DNA from: Octopus vulgaris
Lineage: Eukaryota
Direction: 5' to 3'
DNA: 64,000 nt
Assembly (NCBI GenBank): GCA_951406725.2
Contig: OX597839.1
Span: forward strand, 35,712,001 to 35,776,000
Shown here: piece by piece, positions 47,617 to 61,900 of the stretch
How positions within the stretch are numbered: position 1 is the first letter of the stretch
Layout: each line of letters begins with the position of its first letter
Position numbers and translations under genes: made by a program
The notes under the pieces: generated by a model
Seen by the model: the letters and a program-made list of their open reading frames with translations, nothing else
The model's database searches: none
Told to the model about the DNA's origin: nothing

Positions 47617-50198
47617 GTAAGGTCCATATTGCACTTGTTTCTGTTTATTTATTTCTCTCCCAATCTTACCTGCACCATTGGAACCAGGGAGCGTAGAAAT
47701 GTTGGCCATTTACTTCGTCGGAGATAGCTAAGCTGTCCAGCTTTTGATTTCATTGCAAAGACATCAGAGCTCACCACAGTTGTCTGACTCCTCAGTTTCT
47801 GTCCAACCCATGCCAGCATGGAAAAGGGACACTAAATGATGATGATGATGGTGGTGGCTGTCCAACGTAAGAATTTTATCAGTGGAGGATTTTACATTTA
47901 CAAAAGATATCCGAGGATTTGTCGTTTTGTCTTTTCTCTTTCCAGCTCCACAATTAATTACTCCGACTCACTCTTGTAGACAGCAATCCTTATTAATTAC
48001 TGGTATTTGATTTTTAAAAAAAAACAAAAAAAAACTGTTAAACGAATCAGTGTTAAATGAATAAGTTTCATTTTCGTAATCATCATCATCATTTAACGTT
48101 CGCTTTCCATGCTGGCATGGGTTGGACGGTTTGACTGAGGACTGGCAAGCCAGGAGGCTGCACCAGGCTCCGATCTGATCTGGCAAGGTTTCTACAGCTG
48201 GACGCCCTTCCTAATGCCAACCACTCTGAGAGTGTAGCGGGTGCTTTTTACATTCCGCCGGCATGGGAGTGAGTCGGGTGGCACTGGCATCAACCACACT
48301 TGAATGGTGGTTTTTATGTGCCACCGACACAGGAGCCAGTCAGGCAGCATTGGTATTTGAAACCTCAATTTGCCCTCAGCGTTGTGGATGGTCACTGGGG
48401 CATGCTTTTCCAGTCCAAGCAGAATCTTCGATTGATTGCTGACACATGTTATCACGGATCAATTTGTAATAAGCATAAGATGGCTTGCAATGTTATGCTT
48501 ATTACGAATATGTGCATCTCTAATGATAAGCAGGAGTAGTTGGGGAGCATCACAGCCATGTGTTGAGAGGAATTCTTTGGGGGTTTGAATAAATGTAACA
48601 AAAGCAAAGTTTGAAGGAAATATTAGCCATTTTGCATACTTTCTTGGGGTCAGCAAATAGGAAACTGTGTGGAAGCTTTCTTATATAGAAGCACCCACTA
48701 CACTCACAGAGTGGTTGGCATTAGGAAGGGCATCCAGCTGTAGAAACACTGCCAGATCAGACTGGGCATGGCGCAGCCCCTGGCTTCCCAGACACCAGTT
48801 GAACCGTCCAACCCATGCTAGCATGGAAAGCAGACGTTAAACGATGATTATATGTATATAGCCTCCTCTGGCCCCTGTGCTGGTGGCACGTAAAAAGCAC
48901 CCACTACACTCACGGAGTGGTTGGCGTTAGGAAGGGCATCCAGCTGTAAAATCACTGCCAGATCAGACTGGAGCCTGGTGCAGCCTCCTGGCTTCCCAGA
49001 CCCCGGTCGAACCATCCAACCCATGCTAGTATGGAGAACGGACATTAAACAATGATGATGATGTACCATCTTATCCTGGATCAGTGATAAACAAGGATAA
49101 ATGTAATGTGATTAACCACGAATCTTTTCTACGGCCAGAAACCTCTTCCTTTGTATTTTCACCTTTCATCATCATCTACCGCAAAGCTACCCCACTCTCT
49201 ACCGAATCCTCACTTAGTCAATGGGGGGAGGGAGTTGGAATATTAGTCAGGAGAGCGACATGGTAACCTCACTGGTGCTGGTGCTAACAAAAGAAAAGAT
49301 TTTAAAAAAAAAAAGACCTACCTTGTACAATCTGTAAAATGGTTGGCATTAGAAAGGCCATCCAGCTGTAGGAGCCATGACGAAGCAAGCATTGAAGTAC
49401 AATAGAGTTCTCTGACCTTTTGGATCCTGTTAAACTGCCCAGCATGGAAAATGGACATTAGATAGTGGTGATGATGATGATGATGTTACATTGAGGTTTT
49501 GTTTGTGGCAGTGATTTGTGAAAAGTTTTAGATTTATTGGTAATGGAAATTTATTTTTCATCATCATCATCGTTTAACGTCTGCCTTCCATGCTGGCATG
49601 GGTGGGACAGCTTGACAAGAGCCAGCCAGGCAGAAGCCTGCACCAGGCTTCTGAGACTGATTTGGCAGGATTTATACAGCTGGATACCCTTCCTAACACC
49701 AACCATTCTGCAGAGTTGACTATTATAGGGAGGCTGCAGTCATCATCATCATGCTGGCAGGGGTTGGACAGTTTGACTGGGCTGGCACGCTGGAAGGCTG
49801 CACCAGGCCCCAGTCTGATTTGGCATGGTTTTTCTATGGTTGAATGCCCTTCCGAATACCAGCCACTCTGAGAGTGTAATGGGTGCTTTTATGTGCCACC
49901 GGCTTGGGTGCCATTTGCGAGACACCAGTATCTGTCACGACTACAATTTTGCTCAGCTTGATGGGTCTTCTTCTCAAGCACGGCATAATGCCAGAGGTCT
50001 TGGTCATTGCCTCCGTGTGGCCCAACACTTGAAAGGAGCTCAGCCCCTTTGCCTCCATGAGGGTCCCTATTAAAGGTTACTCAACACTCATGCTCAGCTC
50101 ACAAATGCTTTCATTGTTTTTTAATTGACATGATTTTCTTTTTATTTCTAATTTTCAATTTTCAGTTTTTAATTTTTCTCTTTGTCTAACTCCACCAG

Positions 50199-50323
50199 AT
50201 GGCGCTAGATATTCGTCTGTCTGTCTTTGGTGGGAACAATTTTCACGTTGCTGTGGCACACGAGGACTTGGCATACGCATCATATGTCCATGAATACAGC
50301 TCAGGGAACTTCAAAGATGCTCA
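50199..50323 (+). CDS. APPBP2: APPBP2 exon 10
   Basis: cag|ATG...CA|gtgag; [41 protein letters not shown]. Confidence 0.95.
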
Positions 50324-50422
50324 GTGAGTTTGCATTTGTTTTATTAACTGGCAACATTCAGACATTTCTTAAAAGCTTTTCTATCTTCGTTTCCTTTCCT
50401 TGCTTTCTCTCTCTCTCTCTCA

Positions 50423-50560
50423 CATATATATGCGTATATATGTATGTATGTATATATATGTGTATGTATATATGTGTCTGTATGTATATATATATATGTA
50501 TGTATGTGTATATATGTATGTATATATATGTATGTATGTGTATATATATATATGTATATG

Positions 50561-50613
<53 letters not shown>

Positions 50614-50644
50614 GTATATATATGTATGTATGTATATATATATG

Positions 50645-50719
<75 letters not shown>

Positions 50720-50756
50720 GTATATGTATGTATGTGTATATATATATATGTATATG

Positions 50757-50795
<39 letters not shown>

Positions 50796-50808
50796 GTATA
50801 TATATATG

Positions 50809-50855
<47 letters not shown>

Positions 50856-51122
50856 GTATATGTATGTATGTATGTATGTATGTATATGTATGTATGTATA
50901 TGTATGTATGTATGTATATGTATGTATGTATATGTATGTATATATATATGTATGTATGTATATATATGTATGTATATGTATGTATGTATGTATATGTATG
51001 TATGTATGTATATGTATGTATATATATGTATGTATGTATGTATATGTATGTATGTATGTATGTATATATATATATGTATATGTATGTATGTATGTATATA
51101 TATATATGTATATGTATATATG

Positions 51123-51153
<31 letters not shown>

Positions 51154-51180
51154 GTATGTATATATATATATGTATATATG

Positions 51181-51212
<32 letters not shown>

Positions 51213-51264
51213 TATGTATATATGTATGTATGTATATATATGTATGTATGTATATATATGTATG

Positions 51265-51296
<32 letters not shown>

Positions 51297-51501
51297 TATA
51301 TATGTATGTATGTATATATATGTATGTATGTATATATATGTATGTATGTATATATATATATGTATGTATATATATATATGTATGTATGTATATATATGTA
51401 TGTATGTATATATATGTATGTATATATGTATATATATGTATGTATATATGTATATATATGTATGTATATATATATATGTATGTATATATATATATGTATG
51501 T

Positions 51502-51541
<40 letters not shown>

Positions 51542-51610
51542 GTATGTGTATATATGTATGTATATATATGTATATGTATGTATGTATATGTATGTATATG
51601 TATGTGTATG

Positions 51611-51662
<52 letters not shown>

Positions 51663-51746
51663 TGTATATATATATATGTATATATATATGTATATATATA
51701 TGTATGTATATATATATGTATATATATATGTATGTATATATATATG

Positions 51747-51786
<40 letters not shown>

Positions 51787-52000
51787 TGTATATATATATG
51801 TATATATATATGTATGTATATATATATGTATATATATATGTATGTATATATATATGTATATATATATGTATGTATATATATATGTATATATATATGTATA
51901 TATATATGTATATGTATATATATATGTATATATATATGTATATGTATATATATATGTATATATATATGTATGTATATGTATATGTATGTATATATATATG

Positions 52001-52065
<65 letters not shown>

Positions 52066-52252
52066 ATGTATGTATATGTATGTATATGTATGTATATGTA
52101 TATATGTATGTATATGTACATATGTATATATATGTATGTATGTGTATGTATGTATATATGTGTATATATATATGCGTGTATATATGTGTGTGTGTGTGTG
52201 CATGCGTGTGTGTATGTATATATATGTGTGTATATATATATGTATGTATATG
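50423..52252. repeat. About 1.8-kb compound (TA)n/(TATG)n microsatellite
   Basis: Directly visible; source of the long low-complexity ORFs. Confidence 0.98.
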
Positions 52253-54302
52253 CCTTTTATATTTTACTGGTTTCAGTCATTAGACTGTGGCCATGCTGGA
52301 GTACTGCCTTGAATATTTAGTTGAATGAACTGAGCTCAGCACTTATTACTTTTAAGCCAAGGACCTAGTCTATTGGTCTCTTTTGCTGAACTGCTTAGTT
52401 ACAGGGATGTAAACACACCAACACCAGTTGTCAAGCGGTGGTGGTGGTGAGAGTCAAATAAACAATCACACACATGATGGGCTTCTTTTAGTTTCCATCT
52501 ACCAAATCCACTCACAAAGCTTTGGTCAGCCCAAGTATATAGTAGAAGACACTTGCCCAAGGTGCCACGCAGTGGGACTGAACCAGAACCGTGTATGTAG
52601 TAGGGAAGCAAACTTCTTACAACACAGCTATACCTGTGCCTATATATGTTTGTGTGTGTGTATGTATTTATATGTGTGCATGTATGTATGTTTGTTTGTA
52701 TGTATATATATGTGTGTGCATGTATGTATATGTTTGTGTGAATGTATATATGTGTGTGCATGTATGTATATGTTTGTGTGTATGTATATATGTGTGCATG
52801 TATGTATATGTGTGTGCATGTATGTATATATTTGTGTGTATGTATGTATGTATGTGTGTGTTTGTACATATGTGTGTGTATATAAAAATAATAATAATTA
52901 TTATTATTATTACTTTGAAGGCTGACGGAATTGTTAGCATGCTGGGCACGATGCTTTGCGGCATTTCTATTGGCTGGGCATTTTGAGTTCAAATTCTGCC
53001 AGGGGTTGACTTTGCCTTTCATCCTTTTGGGGGTTGATGAAATAAGTACTAGTTGGATACTGGGGTTGATGTAATCAATTTATCCCCCTTCCTCCTCATT
53101 TTAGAAAGGATCATTATTATTATTTCTAGGGCTGTTAGCTTGCAGAATCGTTTGCATGACGGGCAACAATCACTGATGTTGCAATTAGCCACCTGCTTGA
53201 ATAAAAATCAGTTGCATGCAACATAAGCAAGTATTAGATTAAAATAGCCATTTGTGTATCATAATCAATGTAAATGCATTACAAAAGGACATTTATTGTG
53301 GTGTTCATCCAGAAATAAGAATGGTTTCAAATTTTGGGGCACAAAGCCAGTAATTTTAGGGGTGGGGTAAGTTGATTACATCGACACGTGTTTACTTTTT
53401 ACTCTTATTCCTTAGTTTCATATTTTTTTATTGCCCACAAGGGGTTAAACATAGAGGGGACAAACAAACAGAGTAAGTCGATTACAGCGACCCCAGTGCA
53501 TAACTGGTACTTAATTTATCAGCGAGCTGGCAGAAACGTTAGCACGCCAGGCGAAATGCTTAGCGGTATTTTGTCTGCGTTATGTTGTGAGTTCAAATTC
53601 CGCCGAGGTTGACCTTGCCTTTCATCCTTTCGGGGTCAATAAATTAAGTACCAGTTACGCACTGGGGTCGATGTAATCGACTTAATACCTATGTCTATCC
53701 TTGTTTCTCCCCTCTGTGTTTAGCCCCTTGTGGGTAATAAAGAAATAGGTACTTATTTTATCAACCCTGAAAGGATGAAAGGCAAAGTTGACCTCGGTGA
53801 AATTTGAACTCAGAACGCAGCAGCGACCGAAAGACCACAAAGCATTTTGCCCAGCGTGCTAACGTTTCTGCCAGCTCGCTGCCTTGGGGTTGGGGTTAAA
53901 CTTATTCTTTAGTTTCAGTCATCAGACTGTTGTCATGCTGGAGCACTGTCTAGAAGACTCTTTAGTCAAATGAATCGAATCCCAGTCTGTTGTATACATA
54001 TAGATATATACGTTTATATCTGTGTGTCCGTGTTTGTCCCCTGCCACTGCTTGACAACCTGTGTTGGTTTGTTTGCATCCCTGTAAGTCAGCAGTTCAGC
54101 AAAGGAGAATGATAGAATTGATACCGGGCTTAAAAAATAAATACTTTGATTTGTTTGGCTACAATACTTCAAGGCATTGCCCCAGCATGGCCGCAGTGCA
54201 ATGCCTGAAACAAATAAAAGATAAACAAGGAAGTTAAAAAAAATGAAGAGAAACAATGAAATTCAATTCTCTTTTAATGGATTCTTATTTATTTTATTCC
54301 AG

Positions 54303-54388
54303 ACGTCATGCTGAGAAGGCGATCGAGATTCTGTTGAAAATCTTACCAAGCGACCATCTCCTCTTATCTTCATCAAAGAGAGTTAAAG
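54303..54388 (+). CDS. APPBP2: APPBP2 exon 11
   Basis: cag|A...G|gtgag; RHAEKAIEILLKILPSDHLLLSSSKRVK. Confidence 0.95.
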
Positions 54389-54580
54389 GTGAGTCTCCCT
54401 TCAATAAAAGTGGACGACGGCCCCTTGATATGACCACAACCCACTGGCTAGAACTGAGGAAGGAGTACAAATTAGTGCTTCACAAATACACACCAAGAAT
54501 TGCACACAATTATGGCTGTGTGTGTGTGTGTGTGTGTGTGTAGTCAGGACTGCTGGAAGAAATGACAGTGATGGCAAGGA

Positions 54581-54611
<31 letters not shown>

Positions 54612-55242
54612 AATGGCAGGAGGTGATGGGAGAGAAACACTGATGGTAGATGGATGTTTGTTGATGAATGGAAGAGAATGGTGGACAGCTGTAGAAATGG
54701 TTGGAATTTAGTAGAATGCAACCATGCAGGCACCCATTATGTCTGTGTGTACATCAGCATAGAAATAGTGTCATTGCATTCTTGATGGAGGGATACAAGA
54801 TTTCACCTTGGAAGACAGAAAATGGATAGCATTGCATGTAGGATGGTGATGCTCATTTACAATCATTACATGAGGTGAAGAGAAGGAGAGAGAGAGAGAC
54901 ACATCGTTATTAAGCTGGTATTTGGAACGAGTCTAGGACTATTACCCCAGAGGTCAACAGATGATGATATAAAACTTCTTAATATATTGGAGAGGGGGTT
55001 ATAGTCCTAGGGGTTAGTTGTCGTTGGAGGGAATTGTTCTATTGGGGTTGATTGTCCTGATATGGTTTGGAACGTAAAATAGCATAAAATTTTGATGCAA
55101 GTTTTTAGTAATTGAAACGAAGGCAGTATATTTCAATGAAAAGGGTCAATCAATTTATCTCTTACATTTCAATTTGTCTTTTTGCCTATAAATAAAAATG
55201 ATTATTTTACTATGTATTTATTTAATTTTTTTTTGTATGTAG

Positions 55243-55433
55243 CTTTGATTCTTGAGGAAATAGCAATTGACAATGAGGATAAAAGTGTGCGAGAGCCATT
55301 GCTGTCTGAAGCCAAGGAATTGCATGTCCAGTCTCTCAACTTGGCCATCAACGCATTCGGAGAAAGCAACGTACAGACAGCCAAACATTATGGCAACTTG
55401 GGCCGTTTATATCAGTCAATGCGAGAGTTCAAG
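55243..55433 (+). CDS. APPBP2: APPBP2 exon 12
   Basis: tag|CT...AAG|gtggg; ALILEEIAID...NVQTAKHYGNLGRLYQSMREFK. Confidence 0.96.
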
Positions 55434-57247
55434 GTGGGTAGAACTGTGCCTTTTTTTTTTTTTTTATTGTTTTAATTATTTAACGTTTAGCATTCAGAAT
55501 ACTCTGTTAGATGTAATGCTTATTTATTCATATTCGTCCGTTTTCCATGCTGGCATGGGTTGGATGGTTTGACTGAGGACTGGCAAGCCAGGAGGCTGCA
55601 CCAGGCTCCAATCTCATCTGGCAAGGTTTCTACAGCTGGATGCCCTTCCTAATGCCAAACACTCCAAGTGTGTAGTGGGTGCTTTTACGTGCCACCAGCA
55701 CAGGAGCCAGTTGGAACGAGGGGGCTGGCATTGATTGCTTTCAGATGGTGCTTTTTACTTGCCACAGGTACGGGAGTCAGTCTGTGGGTACTGGCATCGG
55801 CCATGTTTGGTTGGTGCTTTTCATGTGCCACCTGCACAGGAGCCAGTTAAGCGGACGTGGCATCAACCACATTTGGATGGCGCTTTTTACATGCCACCGG
55901 CATGGGAGCCAGTCAGGTGGCACTGTATCCTTTCTACCATGCGAATCAACATAGTATATGTTGAGGGCATTTGGCTCACGATCGTTGTGTCCTTGAGCAA
56001 GACACTTTTTTTTTCACATTGCTCCAGCCCACTCAGTTGGCAAAAATGAACTGTACCTGTAATTGAAAAGGGGATAACTCATTCTGTGTCACGCTGTTAA
56101 GGGTATGCGTGTCTGTGGAGTGCTCAGCCACTTACCTATTAATTTCACGAGTAAGCTGTTCTGTTGATCGGATCAACTGGGACCCTCGTCGTCCTGACTG
56201 ATGGAGTGGCCAGTTTGTATTGCAAATATTTAAACATTGTCACTCACAGTTGTTGCTGTGAGGAAGTTGACCTACCTGTTTTGGCTGTAAATTTGAGTCT
56301 GGAAAATTCAACTTGTATGCCAGAAAATCTGGTAATATTAATTCTGATCATCATCATCATTTAACGTCTGTTCTCCATGGGTTGGATGGTTCGACGGGTC
56401 TGGGAAGCCAGAAGGCTGCACCAGGCTCCAGTCTGATCTGGCAGTGTTTCTACAGCTGGATGCCCTTCCTAACACCAACCACTCCGTGAGTGTAGTGGGT
56501 GCTATATATATATATATATCATCATTGTTTAACGTCCATTTTCCTTGCTGGCATGGGTTGGACGGTTTGACTGAGGACTGGAAAGCCAGTGGCTGCACCA
56601 GGCTCCAGTCTGATCTGGCAGTGTTTCTACAGCTGGATGCCCTTCCTAACGCCAACCACTCCGTGAGTGTAGTGGGTGCTTTTTACGTGCCACCTGGCAC
56701 AGGTGCCAGGTGAGGCTGGCAACGGCCACGATCAGATTGGTGCATTTTACATGCCACCAGCACGGGAGCCAGTCTTGGCGGTGCTGGCATCGGCCATGTT
56801 CAGATGGTGCTTTTTATGTGCCACTGGCACAGGGATCACAACTGATATGTTTGAGAAATATTTGAACCTGTAAAACGCTTTTCAATGCAGTTTGTCATAG
56901 AGAAAAAAAAAAAGAATTCTCACGAGAGAGATGTAAAACACCAGAACCAGCTTAAAGCACCCTCAGATGGATGCATGCATTTCAAACAGTTCTTATCCGC
57001 ATTAGATACCAGAAGGGAGGTAACTCTCACCTGACTGGGAAGCAAAGCTCATAAGAAATCAACCACAACTATTGACCGATGGCACATATCAGCTGAAACT
57101 GCTTTGCTTCTATCTAAGTTTAATGTTTGGTTACCGAGTTTAATGCTCCTTAGGTTGGATATCTTCATTATTGGTGATGTATATAAAAATATGATATAAT
57201 AATGTATATTAAATCTCTGAGCAAGAGGTAAAAAGTAACAGTACAGA

Positions 57248-57540
57248 ATCGTAAAATATATTTGCAAACTAAATGTGGTGGTTCCATAGAGGACGCTGTT
57301 ACTGTTGTTTTTAGCCCCCTGGTGATTATCACACACTGAAGACTGGTATCTATCCTGAAACCCGGGTCTGTGTGCATCACGTAAGGCTAGAGATGACAGC
57401 GACGACCTCCCCTTGCAAATATTAATTGGACACAGTGTGTTGTTAGCCAGCTGAAGGAGATGTCTTCCTGGGGCTAAAAACTACAGTAACATCGACCTCT
57501 ATGGGACAGCCACATTTAGCTGGCAAATATATTTTATGAT
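57248..57540. mobile_element. MITE with ~70-bp terminal inverted repeats
   Basis: AAAATATATTTGC..CTAAATGTGG..CCATAGAGG..TGTTACTGT..TTTTAGCCCC mirrored at 57468-57540. Confidence 0.8.
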
Positions 57541-57694
57541 ATAATATTGAAATTCTTCTATACAGTACTCATGTGCAGTTGCTAAAAAAATAGCTAGGGG
57601 CCATCAGGTGTACTGTTGGCAAATTTTGGGAAGCATGGAAGTGATTTGAAGGATGATTTAAAAGGCTTTTTTTTGTTTTTGATTTTTTTTTTAG

Positions 57695-57860
57695 CTTGCC
57701 GAAACTCACCATTTGAAAGCTATTGAGATCAAAGAACGCCTGTTGGGACCAGATGACTATGAAGTTGCCCTCTCTGTAGGGCACCTAGCCTCTTTGTACA
57801 ATTATGACATGAAATACCATATGGAAGCAGAGAGTCTCTACAAAAGATCAATTGAAATTG
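57695..57860 (+). CDS. APPBP2: APPBP2 exon 13
   Basis: tag|CTT...G|gtaag; HLKAIEIKERLLGPDDYEVALSVGHLASLYNYDM. Confidence 0.96.
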
Positions 57861-58614
57861 GTAAGCAATTATGGCTGGCTGTTCCTGTACCTACCACCAA
57901 CTTATCTTTCCTCTCTCTCTCTCTCTTCTCTTGCTAATACAAACGTCTCTATTTATCTCAACTTGCTAACATTGTACCACCATATTCTGAACTCAGCTCC
58001 TTCATCTTTCTCTTAACCTTTTTTTTTTTCTTTTTGTCCAACACCCAAGTTTTTAAAAATGAACATGCTCCCCACCATTTTAACATCCACTTTTCCATGC
58101 TTGCATGGGTCAGATGCTAACAAGATTTACATTGATATTTTAACTACAATATGAATGAATAAATTATGGCAAGAAGCTGGCAGAATAATTCCTGCTTTAG
58201 ATTAGCAGCATTTCTTGGGCTCTTTACATTCTGAGTTCAAGTGCTGTTGAGGTTGACTTTGCTGTTCGTCCCTTTGGGGGTCAATAAGATAAGTTCCTGT
58301 TGATGTCTGGGGGTCGATGTAATTGAATTTACTCTCTTCTCAAATTATCAGCCTTGTGCTAATATTGGTTTCTAATTCTGGCTGAAATCCAGCAAGTTCA
58401 CTGGGGAAGGGTTTAAGAAGTCAATCACATCGACCCCCCAGTACTTAACTGGTGTTTATTTTATCAACCCTGAAAGGACAAAATGCAAATTTGACCTTGG
58501 CAGTATTTGAACTCAGAACCTAAAATCAGAAGAAATGCAGCTAAGCATATTTTTTTTCCCCCAGCATTGATAAATTCAATGTTTGAGTCTTTCCTTATTC
58601 CTTTTATCTTGCAG

Positions 58615-58841
58615 GTAAAAAACTGTTTGGTGCTGGATATAGTGGACTTGAATATGACTACAAAGGCCTCTTACGTCTGTACCAAAGCCAGGGGGACAGA
58701 GAGAACATGTTACACTACAGTCGGATTTTACAGGATTGGAATCGCATTCGTGATCACACAAACGCTATTGAAGTAAAACCGTTGGACTTCTCATTGGACT
58801 TGTCAGTCCAGGACCTTCACAAATACGTTTTCAACTCATAA
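58615..58841 (+). CDS. APPBP2: APPBP2 exon 14 (last)
   Basis: cag|GT; GKKLFGAGYSGLEYDYKGLLRLY...YVFNS*; the 14 exons sum to 1734 nt = 577 aa + stop. Confidence 0.95.
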
Positions 58842-58984
58842 TGCAACAACACTCCATGACTTTTAACATTATAGATCATCAGTACATGCAACTGTGAACT
58901 TGTAAACATCACACAAGTTGCAGTGTGAGTATCTTGTGCATAGAGATGTGTGTCGGTGTATATATGATATGTGTCTGGTGAAGA

Positions 58985-58990
58985 AATAAA
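58985..58990 (+). promoter_or_regulatory. Candidate APPBP2 polyadenylation signal
   Basis: AATAAA ~145 nt after the stop, GT-rich downstream. Confidence 0.5.
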
Positions 58991-61900
58991 AAAAAAACAA
59001 GTTATATTGCGTATGGTGATAGTATGTGTGTGAGTGTGTACATAAATACATTATATATAAGGAATGGAGACAACGTTATAGTATGTGGCGATCGTTTCCG
59101 TGAGAACGGTTATTTATTGTATACTTTATATGTTAAATAGATAGATTCTTATGTAATAATGCCGGATAAAAACCAAATATTCATTTCATTCATTTTGTCA
59201 GATGCCCTGTAGGACCTTTGGGTGACAATCTATGACAGATGCCATTCCAACAACATGCGAAAGAGACGGAGGTGTGACCAACATATTGACTGACTGGGGA
59301 AATGGTTTAATTCAATATTTGTTCCAACCGATCGGTGTATGAAAGAATCGAATGTGTGTGTGTGAGTGCGTATACTATGTATAGATACAGACATCATCAT
59401 CATCTTTTAATGTCCCTTTCTCCATGCTGGCATGAGTTGCACAGTCCAGCATGAAGCGATGAGCTGAGGCTGTGCCTGGCTCCACTGTCTGCCTTCACAT
59501 GGTTTCTACAGCTGGATGCTCTTCCTAATGCCAACCACTTTACAGATGTACCAAATGCTTTTTCTTTTCTTTTTTGTGGCACCAGCAATAATGAGATTGC
59601 CAAATAACATGCAAGACAGGAACACTCCCCCATCAACTGAGAGATCTTGTGTGTGTACTAACAATATGCCTCGTTAATCAGCCAATTTGTGTGTGTGTAT
59701 CCTTAAATCCTTAAAAATGTTTTAGCCCGAAGGCCACGGCCATGCTGGTGCACCACCGCTTATATATATATATATATATATATTGTATGTTTCTTGTGTC
59801 TTTCTTTAAACATAATTTTAATGTTATTTCGTGGTGGTGGATCTATAAGTATTAACAAGCGACTAGAAACCCTTACAGACACGCAAAATTTACTGCTTTG
59901 TCTTACTTCGAAGTCCCTATAAGCTGTCACTGTCTACTAGGTTTTTTCCTCAGCTCACTCAAACATCATAAATACTAGAGTGACGGACTTGATCAATTCA
60001 CTTTCAATGTCCTTTATAAGTGTCTCAATTAACAAATACACCGATTAGTTGGAACCGTATAAATATTGAATTAAACCATACCCCCTGTCAGTCAACCTGG
60101 TTAGACCTTCATCTGTGCGTGTGCGTGTCTCTCTCTCTCTCATGCTACTTTCTCTTGTTGTTGGGATGACATCCCTCACGGATGGATTGTAACCTGATGG
60201 CTCTACACAGCACCTGACGAAATAAAATAGATATTTTACTTTATTATTATTATTAATATGTGACATAGGTGGTGAGCTGGTAGAGTCATTACCACACCAG
60301 GAAAAATGCTTAGCGGTATTTCACCCGTCTTTACATTCTGAGTTCAAATTCTGCTGAGGTTGACTTGGCCTTTCATCTTTTCGGGGTCGATAAATTAGGT
60401 ACCAGTGAAACACTGGGGTTGATGTAAATGACTAGTCCCGTCCCCGAAATTTCAGGCGTTGTGCCCTTTGTAGAAAGGATTATTATTACCATCATTATGT
60501 GACATGCAATAATAACCTCCGTATATAGGCACAGGCGTGGGTTGTGTAGTAAGAAGTTTTGTTTCCCAACCACATGGTTCCAGGTTCAGTCCCAATGCCT
60601 GGCATCTTGGGACAAGTGTCTTCTACTACAGCCTCAAGTCAACCAAAGCCTTGTCAGTGAACTTGGTAGACGGAAACAGAAAGAAGCCCATTGAATATAT
60701 ATATATATCTATATATGTGTGTGTGTCGTTGTGTCTGTTTGTCCCCCACCACCACTTGACATTCAGTTTTGGTTTGTCTACATCCCCTATATATAACTTA
60801 ACAGTTCAGCAAAAGAGATCAATACAATACTAGGCTTCAAAGAGAAATAACAACTGGATTGACATAATTCCTTCGGGGCAGTGCTCCAGCATGGCTGCAG
60901 TGTGATGACTGAAACACAAAATATATACGTGTAACATCTAAGCAATCACTAAATAATCATTTTCATGGAAACGATCGCTACCTAAAAAGAACACCGTCTT
61001 CATTCCTTATTCATTTATTATTGTTATTTACTCTGCGATGAAGGTACAGTACGGTCCTTGGACTTGCAGGGTGCATAAGTATTATTATTTAATTAACAAT
61101 TCGTTGAGTGGTTGATTAACGAGGCGTACTGTTCGTACTCCTCATTAAGCATCCCTTTAGCCAAGAACTTGGATGAAGTACTATGGAGGTGAGAGCCTGG
61201 ATCTAAATCATCCCTACCATTAAAATGTATATATATATATCTGTGATGTTTGTGTGAAAGTTATGTGTGTGTGTGTGTGGGCATACGCAGGTGTGGCTGT
61301 GTGGTGAAGAAGTTTGTTTTGTAACCCCTATGGTTTAGATCCATTATTTGACACCTTAGGCAAGTGTCTTCTGTGGCTCCTGATTGATCAAAGCCTTCTG
61401 AGTGGATTCGCTTGGCAGAAACGGAAGGCACACCTTATTTGTGCATGTGTGTATCATAAACACACATACACATACGCCCATGCTTGGGCATTTTCAGACC
61501 TGGTGGAGTCCATTACCTCTCTAGGTTCTGACCACATTTGATTTCTTCTGGAAGAAAGTAAAAAAAGACAGAACGAAAGAGTGAATGAAAGAGAGGGATC
61601 GACCGCAGTGCATGACTGGTACTTTACTGACCCCGAGAGAATGAAAGGCAAAGTTGACCATGGCAGGATTTGAACTCTGAGCACAGAGAGTCAGAATGAT
61701 TGTTACAAAGCAACCATTCTAACAGACAACTTCAGTCGGTTGTCCACGTTGTGTGTGTGTGTTTATATTTGCAACCTGAAAGCTACAAATGATGATGATG
61801 TCCTTCGCCGTTTCATCAATTGTCCACTGGATGTCTACCTTGGAACATATGTGGATTAAGGGATCTCATAATTTGTGAAATGGGTAAAGGTATTCGCAAC

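Noticed and set aside
50227-53022. 600-700 aa Y/I/M/C/V/H/T-rich ORFs
   Set aside because: Translations of (TA)/(TG) microsatellite; the same applies to 24200-25070 and 46954-47532.
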